A model generated the notes under the pieces. That model did no database searches. It worked only from the letters and a program-made list of their open reading frames with translations, and was not told the origin of the DNA. The translations under genes were made by a program, and so were the position numbers. A stretch of 36,208 bases of DNA from the IMG/VR virus record IMGVR_UViG_3300007511_000008; one strand, 5' to 3'. Numbering within the stretch: the stretch's first letter is position 1; every line of letters begins with the position of its first letter. This DNA comes from a virus. Taxonomy: Duplodnaviria; Heunggongvirae; Uroviricota; Caudoviricetes. Below, one piece after another: positions 26,771-34,851 of the stretch.

Positions 26771-29058
26771 TACTTAGTTCCCCACAGCTTTTTGGCCTCT
26801 TCAGGAGTAAGGCTCTCCAGCAGTTTACGGTTAGAAGCAGAGAGTCCCTTGAGCTGCTCCGCCGGAATATGCTTCTGCACTAACTTGTTCTTAAAGGTAT
26901 ACGCCGGCTTCTGCGAAGCGGCCGCAGGCTTCGCCGGTGTGGCGGGTGTCTGCTTGCCGCCCGCAAGAACCTCATCTACGCTTCCCGCAGGCGCGGTACT
27001 TGGCTTGGTCTCCCCAACGGCACGGCCGGTCTCCGGAGAGACTTTTTGTTGTCTGGGCGAGACGCCCCCACCGACAGTCTTCGCCGGAGTAACGCCGCTC
27101 GGCCCAAACTTTTTACCCGCCCATCTGCCTGCCTTGCCAGCCAAATTACGCCCGGTCTCTGTTAGGCCAGCAACGCCAAGCCCACCAGCGGTAAGCGCAC
27201 CCAAACCTGCTGTACGCGGGCGGTCCTGGGCGAACCGGCGGACAGGACTCGGCTCATGCCCAGCACTACGCAAGATACGATTCTTCGCAGCGACACCCAC
27301 ACGATTAGCCTTAAGTTCCCCGGCCAAACCCCTCGCCTGCTGCTTCAAGGTATCCAATGTAGCCTTCTCGGCAGGCAGCTTACCAAAGCCCTTACTGAGC
27401 TCCCCAATACGATCCTTCAGCTGCCGTTCAAGGACAACGGCCTCCTGCAAGTTTACCGCCTTCTTAGCCTCTGGGCCCATGGCTGCCATCTCTTCCCATG
27501 CAGCGGGAGTATGGACTTCACCAATACCCTTACTATAAGCTTCGAGGTTAATTTCGCCCTTACCCGGGGCGGCAGCCCCAGCTGTTGGCTGCCCTGCGGG
27601 TGCAGCAGGCTCCTTTACCGGTGCTTCTGCTACTTGCTTCCAGGTCCCACGTTCTCCGCTACCCTCAAGTCCACGACCTCTCGCTACTGCGGGCTCACCC
27701 GAGCCAGGCGGAAGAACTCCTTCGCCTTCTGCGGGAGTTTTAGGAGTAGCAACCTCTGCCTTCGCCTTTTCGGCTGCCGCTGCTTCCGCCTTCGCCTTTT
27801 CCGCGGCTTTTGCCGCAGCCTCTGCTTTTTGAGTTGCCTTAGCCTCAGCTTTGGCAGCCGCCGCTGCCTGCCGTTGCTCCGTCTTGACAAGCTTCGCCTC
27901 CATACCCTCGCCTTTCGCCATTGTACGTACAGAAGGCTGTGAGGGATCAACGAAGGGGTCGGGTTCTTTGCCCGCGGCTTCCATCTTCGCCAGCCTACGT
28001 TCAGCAGAAGAGGTATTCTTCAAGCGATTAAAGAATTCTCTGCCACGAGCGAAGAAACCAGGGGCTGCTTCCCCGGCTGGTGCGGCTGCTCGACCCACAT
28101 TCGCTGCCTGCTCTACACCAGCACCAACACCCGTACCAAATACGGGCTGTGCCGGCTGTGCTGCAGGCTGGCTGGGCAGACGAGTACCAGCTCTACCAGT
28201 GGGGCTGGTAATTACCCGCCCTGCTGCAGGAGGGGCACCAAAAGTACCTTCAGCACCCCGAGCAAGCCGTTGTGCAAGACCGTAACCTCTTGCCAGCAGC
28301 GGTGCAGCAAGCCCAAGACCCGCACCACCAAGCTCGAGTGCTGCTACGTTTGCGGGAGTAGCTACATCGCTTAGGTTGGAAAGAGCCGGATAAGCTTTCC
28401 GGGCCAGCTGCTCCTTATATTCAGGAGAGGTCTCGAGCATACCCCCGCTCTCTAGCTGAGACATCAGCCGCATCTTTATCTGTGCCTGCCGCTGAGACAT
28501 AGTAGAAGGGTCATGCCCCTCGTACACAGGTTGGCGGGCTTGGTGACGAGCTGCAACACCCGCAGCGTAGTCCCCTTCCTGCCGATTATGCGGAGATTGA
28601 GCCAGCCGATCATAACCTGCCTGATTCTTCGCCCGAGTCTTTGCGAGAGAGGTTCCCATATCCCCGACCTTCTTCTCAACCGTGTCGCCAATTGTCTTAC
28701 CAAAGGCAACTTGCGCAGGCCCATACTTGGGAGCTCCCGCAGTAGCAAACGGGTCAACACCGCCATAAGGCTTGAACTTCTCTTCACGAGCCTTCTGCTC
28801 TTGACCCCGCATCTGCTGACTACGCTGCACAGAAGAAATATTTCGTTGAGATTTTGTTGGGTCAGCGGCCAAAAGTTTCGACTCAGCAGCAGGTCCCTTA
28901 CGCTTACGCGCATTGAACTTATCCCAATCTGTTTTCACCGGTTTTGCCGGTTTGAAGCTCTTAGTGGGATCGAATTCGTCAGCAGCCCGTTTCTCCAGTC
29001 CTTTCAAGACTGCGGGATCCACAAGACCGGCCAACATACCTATGAGTTCTCTTCGCAT
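26770..29058 (-). CDS. Large basic Ala/Gly/Lys/Pro-rich protein (762 aa), candidate internal virion/ejection protein
   Basis: LEKRA at aa 21-25, two Gly-rich hydrophobic stretches (ALELGGAGLGLAAPLL; AGLGALTAGGLGVAGL) and an AEKAKAE low-complexity helix. TAATG overlaps at both ends. Confidence 0.6.
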   Translation of the reverse strand: MRRELIGMLAGLVDPAVLKGLEKRAADEFDPTKSFKPAKPVKTDWDKFNARKRKGPAAESKLLAADPTKSQRNISSVQRSQQMRGQEQKAREEKFKPYGGVDPFATAGAPKYGPAQVAFGKTIGDTVEKKVGDMGTSLAKTRAKNQAGYDRLAQSPHNRQEGDYAAGVAARHQARQPVYEGHDPSTMSQRQAQIKMRLMSQLESGGMLETSPEYKEQLARKAYPALSNLSDVATPANVAALELGGAGLGLAAPLLARGYGLAQRLARGAEGTFGAPPAAGRVITSPTGRAGTRLPSQPAAQPAQPVFGTGVGAGVEQAANVGRAAAPAGEAAPGFFARGREFFNRLKNTSSAERRLAKMEAAGKEPDPFVDPSQPSVRTMAKGEGMEAKLVKTEQRQAAAAAKAEAKATQKAEAAAKAAEKAKAEAAAAEKAKAEVATPKTPAEGEGVLPPGSGEPAVARGRGLEGSGERGTWKQVAEAPVKEPAAPAGQPTAGAAAPGKGEINLEAYSKGIGEVHTPAAWEEMAAMGPEAKKAVNLQEAVVLERQLKDRIGELSKGFGKLPAEKATLDTLKQQARGLAGELKANRVGVAAKNRILRSAGHEPSPVRRFAQDRPRTAGLGALTAGGLGVAGLTETGRNLAGKAGRWAGKKFGPSGVTPAKTVGGGVSPRQQKVSPETGRAVGETKPSTAPAGSVDEVLAGGKQTPATPAKPAAASQKPAYTFKNKLVQKHIPAEQLKGLSASNRKLLESLTPEEAKKLWGTK

Positions 29059-30647
29059 TACGTCGTCTCCGGCTTCTTCGGGTTGTAAGGGCTGGTAAGA
29101 CCAGTGTCCTTAGCCTTGGGCTTGAATATGGACATCAGACCCGGGTCCTTCTTAGGGACTGTCTGCTGCGGCTTATAAAGATGCGCAAGCCCTGTATCCT
29201 TGGCCGGGGTAGGCTTCGGAGGCGTTGGCGTGAACTGGAAATTCTCCTTACCAGCGTTCAACGACTTCTGAGCATCCGCGGCAAGAGGCATGAACTTCTG
29301 GCCCTTAGCAGCATCTCCCACAGAAGGCTGGAACCCCGGCTTCATCGGAAGTGTCTTGCCCTTCGCAGGCCCCTGCCCCTCAAGAGCAAATGCCGTCTGT
29401 ACCGGAGGCTTCGGGGTTCTCTTTACAGGTGCGGCCCGATTCTGGGTCGCCCAGGAGGCATAATCCTGCCGGGCTTGCCTCAGTGCCTTGGGATCTTTTC
29501 CGGCCTCAGCACCAAGCCACCGCATACGAAGGCGGTCCTGGTGGACACGCCTCCCAAGATACTTGTCCCCGCCGTATTTCCAGTGCTTGGCCCAAGCCTT
29601 ATTATCTCCCTTGAATGAATCCAGCTTCTTCAGTTTTGCCTGGTAATCAGCAATACGATCTTTTGCCGACATCCCACCGTAAGTATACCCAGCGCGCCCT
29701 TTCTGCTGCATATCTGTAAGCAGTCCCTGAATCTGCTGTTTAGCAGTACCGATATCTTTAGGGGCAACAAACTTTTGAGGGTTCCATGTAGAGGCGGCAC
29801 TTGTGGTTCCTGAGGACATCCGTTCTTTAAGCTTCAGGAGTTCTCTGCGACGATCCAGGTTCTGCCCTGCTTGCGTATAGCCTTTCTGTAGCCCGCGAAC
29901 AGCGCTCGCCCCAAGAGCAGCCCGGCGCTTAGGATCTGCGAGAGTGCTATATGTATTAGCGGCTAAACCCGCGATAGGGACATTCTTACGAACAGACCCA
30001 GCAATCGCCCGAAGATCTCCTGTAGTAGGCTTTCTTTCGGCTTTCTGCGCTCGCATCTCCCGGAGCCTATCCAATTTAGCTTTTAGGTCGCCCGGAGCGG
30101 GGCCCTCTTTTGGGGTGCCCGTAGCGGGCGGGGGAGTAAGCTTTGAGGCGTCTACAGTAGCTCCCGGCAAGACCTTCCGCTGGGGGTCTCGCCCAACAGG
30201 GCGACGCCTACCTTTTGGAGGAACAAAGTTACCGCCCATAGGATCGCCTTCGCGAGAAGCTCCAAAAGAATAGTCTGTTTTCGGAGCCGCCCAACGTCCT
30301 CGAGTGGCCCATTTTCGGTGTATATCAGCCACCTGCAGCTTCTTCCCTGAGGGAAGTGCGTCAAAGCTCGCTGCCCCCGTGTGCGTTTTAGCAAGTCTGT
30401 TGAGATCAGGATTTGCAGCAGCGTTATACCAAAAAGGTTTCCGGCGGGGACGGCCGTTTGGCCCGACTTCCTCTACATCCCATATAATCTTCCGCTCCTC
30501 AGGAGAGAGGGCCGACCACGGCTTGCGGAACTTATCGAGAGCAATTACATCCCAACCATGCATGGTACGGTCCTTTTCCTCAGCCACCTTCTCAAGGGTA
30601 TCTACCTCTCCGATAAACTGTAGGAGCTTCTTTGTTTTTTCATACAT
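29058..30647 (-). CDS. Basic Lys/Pro-rich protein (529 aa), candidate internal virion protein
   Basis: LEKVA at aa 18-22, strongly basic and largely low-complexity. TAATG overlaps at both ends. Confidence 0.6.
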   Translation of the reverse strand: MYEKTKKLLQFIGEVDTLEKVAEEKDRTMHGWDVIALDKFRKPWSALSPEERKIIWDVEEVGPNGRPRRKPFWYNAAANPDLNRLAKTHTGAASFDALPSGKKLQVADIHRKWATRGRWAAPKTDYSFGASREGDPMGGNFVPPKGRRRPVGRDPQRKVLPGATVDASKLTPPPATGTPKEGPAPGDLKAKLDRLREMRAQKAERKPTTGDLRAIAGSVRKNVPIAGLAANTYSTLADPKRRAALGASAVRGLQKGYTQAGQNLDRRRELLKLKERMSSGTTSAASTWNPQKFVAPKDIGTAKQQIQGLLTDMQQKGRAGYTYGGMSAKDRIADYQAKLKKLDSFKGDNKAWAKHWKYGGDKYLGRRVHQDRLRMRWLGAEAGKDPKALRQARQDYASWATQNRAAPVKRTPKPPVQTAFALEGQGPAKGKTLPMKPGFQPSVGDAAKGQKFMPLAADAQKSLNAGKENFQFTPTPPKPTPAKDTGLAHLYKPQQTVPKKDPGLMSIFKPKAKDTGLTSPYNPKKPETT

Positions 30648-32152
30648 TAGATATCCGCCTGTACAGCTGCAGGTACCTGAAGGCGCACAATATCAAACAG
30701 GTCATCCTGGGTAAAGTGGTCCAGGAGATTGAACTCGGTTTGACTCGGCACTAACAGGTTCCGTCGTATTGAGGTTCCCTCTATCGCAACCTCTACAGTC
30801 AGCCCGCGAACCAGCTGCGTAGTGGCCATCCCCATTCCATCCGTCTGCACAATAAGCGGGTGCCCTGTAACAGCCACAGCAGTCCCGGCAACAGAGGTTG
30901 TCTGAAAGGGTACATAATTATGCGATATGAGTATCTTCAGCCCAGCAATTGGGTTGCCCTGGAGATCAACGAACTGCGCCTTCATCGTCGAGAAATAGTC
31001 TTGACCAACAAGCGGGGCATCCGTATACCGCGGTGTAAGGAAATTCGTGGACAACACAAAGTCATTGGTCGCTGTAGTAGAGTGGCGATCAACCACATTG
31101 ACCGTAAAATTATTAATCCCGAATATGTGTTTGTCCCGCCGGAGTACTGCGTAATACGCGCCCGGGGGCAGAGAAGTGTAGAAGCGCCCGTCGGGCATTG
31201 AGTACCCCCGACGTACCGTTACACCATCAGAATTCAGGAGGGCAACCTCCACACCAGCCAGGGCTTGCGACGTGGTGCTTTCGACGATCTCGAAAGTGGT
31301 ATCGGCGTAGGTGTTATCAGAGTAAATGAAAACATCCTCGGTTGCCTGTACGGTGGTATCGTCACACCAGATAAAAACGTAGTTGCCTTCGGGGAGTTTG
31401 ATATACTCATCAGTCTCGTAAGCCAGAGAACTATCAACAGCAGTGAGAGAAATCGGGGGGCTGGTATACGAAGCAGTATATGTCCCAGCTGTGAGCCCAA
31501 GCTCAGTAAGAACAGCAGCATCCCCATCAAGGACAACCTGGGTATCTTCCGTCAAAGAATCCGACTCAATCCGCAATTTACCCGCAGAAGTCAGGGCACG
31601 ACCAAAACGTATCTGGCTATTTATCTCATCGAGAACTTCCAGCAACGTACGCACGCCTGTAGTTAATGTAATGGAATACGTGGGCGAGGTCGCATCGAAA
31701 GTCAGCTCAATGTCTGAGGATGCCGGGATGGTATATGATGCCACAACCTTCGTCGACGTAACCGAAGCCGCGAGCTGTGTGAGTGCACAGCTGGTAACCG
31801 CGGTAAGTGTGTTGTCGAGAATGTAAAGCTGCGGTGTGCCCCACCCGGTGCCCTCAACCAGATACTTCCGGAGGTTATTCGGGTATTCGTCATTGGGAGG
31901 CTCTGTTTCTACAAGGCACTCTTCCCAATCGGTGTACCCCGTCGCAGCCCACTTAATGCGATAGGCCCCCGCCGTAGAGAAGGTGTACGCGGCTGTAATA
32001 CGCATGAAATCGATGGGTGCCGTAGTCATCGCTGTTGTAGCCAGCGAAGTAACCAGGGTACCTTCGTCATCGTAGATTGTGAGCGTCAGATCAGTCAGGT
32101 CCGACGTATGGTAATGCCAGAATTGCTTTGACTGAGACAGCTTTACAAACAT
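30647..32152 (-). CDS. Multi-domain beta-rich structural protein (501 aa) with Ig/transthyretin-like domains
   Basis: GGGAG RBS. Contains AGVEVALLNSDG...PDGRF...LPPGAYY and FVDLQGNPIAGLKI...TDGMG, and a central sheath-insertion-like segment. Confidence 0.6.
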   Translation of the reverse strand: MFVKLSQSKQFWHYHTSDLTDLTLTIYDDEGTLVTSLATTAMTTAPIDFMRITAAYTFSTAGAYRIKWAATGYTDWEECLVETEPPNDEYPNNLRKYLVEGTGWGTPQLYILDNTLTAVTSCALTQLAASVTSTKVVASYTIPASSDIELTFDATSPTYSITLTTGVRTLLEVLDEINSQIRFGRALTSAGKLRIESDSLTEDTQVVLDGDAAVLTELGLTAGTYTASYTSPPISLTAVDSSLAYETDEYIKLPEGNYVFIWCDDTTVQATEDVFIYSDNTYADTTFEIVESTTSQALAGVEVALLNSDGVTVRRGYSMPDGRFYTSLPPGAYYAVLRRDKHIFGINNFTVNVVDRHSTTATNDFVLSTNFLTPRYTDAPLVGQDYFSTMKAQFVDLQGNPIAGLKILISHNYVPFQTTSVAGTAVAVTGHPLIVQTDGMGMATTQLVRGLTVEVAIEGTSIRRNLLVPSQTEFNLLDHFTQDDLFDIVRLQVPAAVQADI

Positions 32153-32181
32153 ACCGGCTCCCGCCTAAGGTCCTGTTGAGG

Positions 32182-32210
32182 ATTGTAGCAACAGCAGAAG
32201 GGCCACGCAA
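32182..32210 (-). promoter_or_regulatory. sigma70-type promoter candidate (extended -10)
   Basis: The - strand reads TTGCGT-N17-TACAAT with TG at the extended -10 position (TGCTACAAT), in a 67-bp intergenic gap 30 nt upstream of ATG 32152. Confidence 0.68.
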
Positions 32211-32219
32211 TCTCCCATA

Positions 32220-32423
32220 CTACGGCTCCTCCCCCAGGAAATCAGAGATATTAGCATCAATCGCAGCCTCAAAGCCCGTCAGAGTATCCTCGAAGGGCGC
32301 AAAGACTTCGGCCTCCTTCAGCTCCTGTAACCAAGTCGACAACGTCTCAACCTTTTGCCTTTCGGTTGTTACGTGCTCCTGGAGAAGTTGCTGGAGCTGT
32401 AAAACTTTGTCTTTGAGACTCAT
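32220..32423 (-). CDS. Small acidic coiled-coil protein (67 aa)
   Basis: Reads MSLKDKVLQLQQLLQEH... with GGGGG 6 nt upstream. It overlaps the 3' end of the sigma ORF by 77 nt. Confidence 0.55.
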   Translation of the reverse strand: MSLKDKVLQLQQLLQEHVTTERQKVETLSTWLQELKEAEVFAPFEDTLTGFEAAIDANISDFLGEEP

Positions 32424-33237
32424 ATGTACCCCCGGGTGCTACCCCGTCCATGTATGTTTTGAGTTTCTTCGCAATGCTCATCCGAATGCGATAAACCTTA
32501 TGTTGCGGCAACTTTAGCTTGGTGGACAGAGTCTGTACATCGGTAATCCGCTCCCGACCAAGACCGGAAAGGTAGCGGTAGACATCTTGCTCCTCCCCCT
32601 TCAGTTCGTACAAGAAGAGTTTGAGCAGCTCCTTCTCTCCCGCCGGCATCACTGCCGTAGGATCGCTCTCGAACTTCGAAGTAGACAGATCCTTGCGGAG
32701 CTGGGTATCCATTTTGATTACCTTGGCTACCGGCCACTTCAACCGCTTAGCTAACTCTTCGTCCGTAGGCATCCGATCCATCTCTTCCGCCAATTCCGCC
32801 CGGGCCACCTCGAAGGTTCTAATAAGGCGGATATCCTCCTCCGGGATACGAGCAGTATTCTGGTAGGTCATAATGAACCGTTGGGCCTTCTTCATGTACC
32901 ACACCAGGGCGGTGCTAAGGGCAGCACCCCGGCCGGGATCATAGGCCTTGAGACCCGCGATCAGCTGCTTGGTGAACTCCGCTCGGATAGCCTCGGGGGG
33001 CATTTGTACCCGACCAGTGTAGACCGATGCCTGCTTATTTACCAAAGGCATAAAACTCCGAACCAGCGGCTTCAAGTCCTTCGGGCGTTCCCCGCCCAAC
33101 TTCCACTTCCACCACATCTGCAGTTCCTTCGACCGTCGCTTATCGGTGTCCTCACCCTTACGGGTATGGGCCTTTACGATGGTGGGGGTCCCTCCCGCAG
33201 TTCTGCGGATATGAGCTCTTACTTTTTCAGTTGCCAT
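32347..33237 (-). CDS. Phage-encoded sigma70-family RNA polymerase sigma factor (regions 2, 3, 4; no region 1)
   Basis: Region 2 is LVRSFMPLVNKQA...LIAGLKAYDPGRGAALSTALVWYM. Region 3 is TARIPEE...ELAEEMDRMPTDEELAKRL. The region 4 HTH is LKGEEQDVY...QTLSTKLKLPQHKVYRI. ATG 33237 has AGGA 9 nt upstream (the ORF track starts at 33246). Confidence 0.85.
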   Translation of the reverse strand: MATEKVRAHIRRTAGGTPTIVKAHTRKGEDTDKRRSKELQMWWKWKLGGERPKDLKPLVRSFMPLVNKQASVYTGRVQMPPEAIRAEFTKQLIAGLKAYDPGRGAALSTALVWYMKKAQRFIMTYQNTARIPEEDIRLIRTFEVARAELAEEMDRMPTDEELAKRLKWPVAKVIKMDTQLRKDLSTSKFESDPTAVMPAGEKELLKLFLYELKGEEQDVYRYLSGLGRERITDVQTLSTKLKLPQHKVYRIRMSIAKKLKTYMDGVAPGGTYESQRQSFTAPATSPGARNNRKAKG

Positions 33238-34105
33238 ATAAGTCATTCCTATTGGCTGCAGGTTTGCTGGAGAAGGTAGGGGTTTGTCCCTTAGGTGTCA
33301 TCTTCTGTAGACACTTGGTTGTCTTAGGGAACTTGACCGGAAGAATCGCAGAGGTCTTCTCTTTAGCAGCCTCCCATTTCTGCTTCATCTCACGAAACCG
33401 CTGGTTGCCGCGTTGGACTGCAGGAGTCTTATAGTGTTTAGCAGTCTGTTTACGAGCATACTGGCTCTGTTCCTTCGGCGTCATCCCCTTAGTTTCCGCC
33501 AAAAAGTTCTTCCACTCCTTCTGCTTTTCAGGGAGAAATTTCTTATAGAGCTCCCGCCGTTTGTTGCGAAGCTTTTTACGCAGAAGAAATCTACGGATAA
33601 ATCGGTAGCGGGGGGTCTTACGCAGGGCAGTAGCATCTTCGGCAGTTAGATTTGTGGCATGGCCCATTGCAGCTCTTGCCGGCGAACCATAGGCGCTCGC
33701 TACTTTCTCCATTGTCGTGTACCCCCGTTCTGTCTTCGGGCCCGTAAAACCAAGCTTCTTGCCCAGATGTAGGCTTGGCTCATTCACCTCGAGTGCCGCC
33801 CACTTCCATTTCTTTATCTCAGGATGCTTCCTCAATAACTCTCGCGATGCCCACTCAGCAAGCCCGAGCTTCCGATACTTTGGGAGCACCCCAACCCCCA
33901 GGTAGGCGGTTGTCTTATCCTTCCCCCTCAAATAGGGATACGTGAGTTCTACAAACCCCGCCCAATTATCTCGTTGGTATATTCCGTAACCTATACGCGC
34001 ACCCGCGGGTGGAGGCTTTAGCTTCCCATGGCCAGGGTAATTACCCGACTCGATCTTGAGCTTAGACGCAAGCTCCTTCTTGTAAGGTCCTAAGGTGAAC
34101 CGCAT
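33227..34105 (-). CDS. GNAT-family acetyltransferase domain fused to a long basic C-terminal tail (292 aa)
   Basis: GFVEL...AYLGVGVLPKYRKLGLA is acetyl-CoA-binding motif A and NEPSLHLGKKLGF is motif B. GGAGGT lies 5 nt before ATG 34105. Confidence 0.78.
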   Translation of the reverse strand: MRFTLGPYKKELASKLKIESGNYPGHGKLKPPPAGARIGYGIYQRDNWAGFVELTYPYLRGKDKTTAYLGVGVLPKYRKLGLAEWASRELLRKHPEIKKWKWAALEVNEPSLHLGKKLGFTGPKTERGYTTMEKVASAYGSPARAAMGHATNLTAEDATALRKTPRYRFIRRFLLRKKLRNKRRELYKKFLPEKQKEWKNFLAETKGMTPKEQSQYARKQTAKHYKTPAVQRGNQRFREMKQKWEAAKEKTSAILPVKFPKTTKCLQKMTPKGQTPTFSSKPAANRNDLYGN

Positions 34106-34130
34106 TATGACCTCCAAAGGCACGGCCCCT

Positions 34131-34160
34131 ATTATGCAAAAGATTTGGGGTTAGTGTCTA
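34131..34160 (-). promoter_or_regulatory. sigma70-type promoter candidate for the GNAT-sigma operon
   Basis: The - strand reads TAGACA-N18-CATAAT, 25 nt upstream of ATG 34105, in the divergent intergenic region. Confidence 0.5.
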
Positions 34161-34343
34161 CCTGTAAAAACAGAAGAATGCGTGGGTATAAGAATAGCAG
34201 AGTCCAAGGCAGTACCTCAAAGCGAACCCGCTGCCTGGATTGGTGTGTGGAGCTACACTGCCGATTTCACGATCGGAAAGGCCCGCCAATTCAGGAACGC
34301 AGGTTTGTGGAGAGTGCTGTCCCCAATAACCAGGAGAAACCTT

Positions 34344-34799
34344 ATGGAAATTGCAAAACAGATCCAGACTACCGTCGCAGAATCTCGTAACACCCTCGGC
34401 GAATGGCTTGAGAAGCTGCCGAAGTGCGCCCCCATCGCAGCCTTGTACATGCGCCTCACCAGCGCAGTGCTTACCGCCATGGCCCAGCTGTATTGGGACG
34501 TGGCCAAGGACCCCAAGGCACTCGTGGAAGCCGCAGCCAAGGTGCTCGAGGTTCCCATTGGGATCCTCGAGGACTTGAAACCTGTCACATGGCAGGAAAC
34601 CGAGGCTGCCATCGGGAAGGTCGTCGAGTACTTCAGTGACATGGACCGGCCCTACATCGCCGCATTCATGAAGTACGTAGCAACCTCCGAGTCGCTCGCG
34701 GAGCAGTACGAGGCGGAGATAGAAACGGCAATGAAACGGGCAGGGTTCGAGGTGGTTGAGGACGAGGACACGGACGGGGAAGAGGACGAGGAGGAGTAG
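34344..34799 (+). CDS. Hypothetical helical protein (151 aa) with an acidic tail, isolated on the + strand
   Basis: AGGAG lies 7 nt before ATG 34344 (the ORF track starts at GTG 34182). It ends in EDEDTDGEEDEEE and is followed by a terminator. Confidence 0.75.
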   Translation: MEIAKQIQTTVAESRNTLGEWLEKLPKCAPIAALYMRLTSAVLTAMAQLYWDVAKDPKALVEAAAKVLEVPIGILEDLKPVTWQETEAAIGKVVEYFSDMDRPYIAAFMKYVATSESLAEQYEAEIETAMKRAGFEVVEDEDTDGEEDEEE

Positions 34800-34825
34800 C
34801 AGTACAGGGAGCTCGTTAGGGCTCC

Positions 34826-34849
34826 GGGGGTGCGCAAGCGCCCCCTTTT
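34826..34849 (+). terminator. Intrinsic terminator
   Basis: GGGGGTGC-GCAA-GCGCCCCC forms an 8-bp stem with one G.U pair and a GNRA loop, followed by TTTT, at a convergent junction. Confidence 0.82.
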
Positions 34850-34851
34850 AC

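Noticed and set aside
5072-33279. Dozens of + strand ORFs of 60-290 aa opposite the structural genes
   Set aside because: They are antisense shadows of long - strand genes and show no recognisable motifs. Only 16782-17012 lies in a real gap.
34234-34295. tRNA-like cloverleaf or hammerhead ribozyme (CTGCCGA...GAAA)
   Set aside because: There is no T-loop TTC motif, no 7-nt anticodon loop and no CCA end. The hammerhead core would need CTGANGA and a proper stem II.
4077-34799. Codon-usage split between + strand (GC3-rich) and structural genes
   Set aside because: Hand samples were inconsistent (29/37 GC3 in the 34344 gene; 7/20 and 16/23 in two parts of the 635-aa gene). A per-gene computation is needed before any claim.
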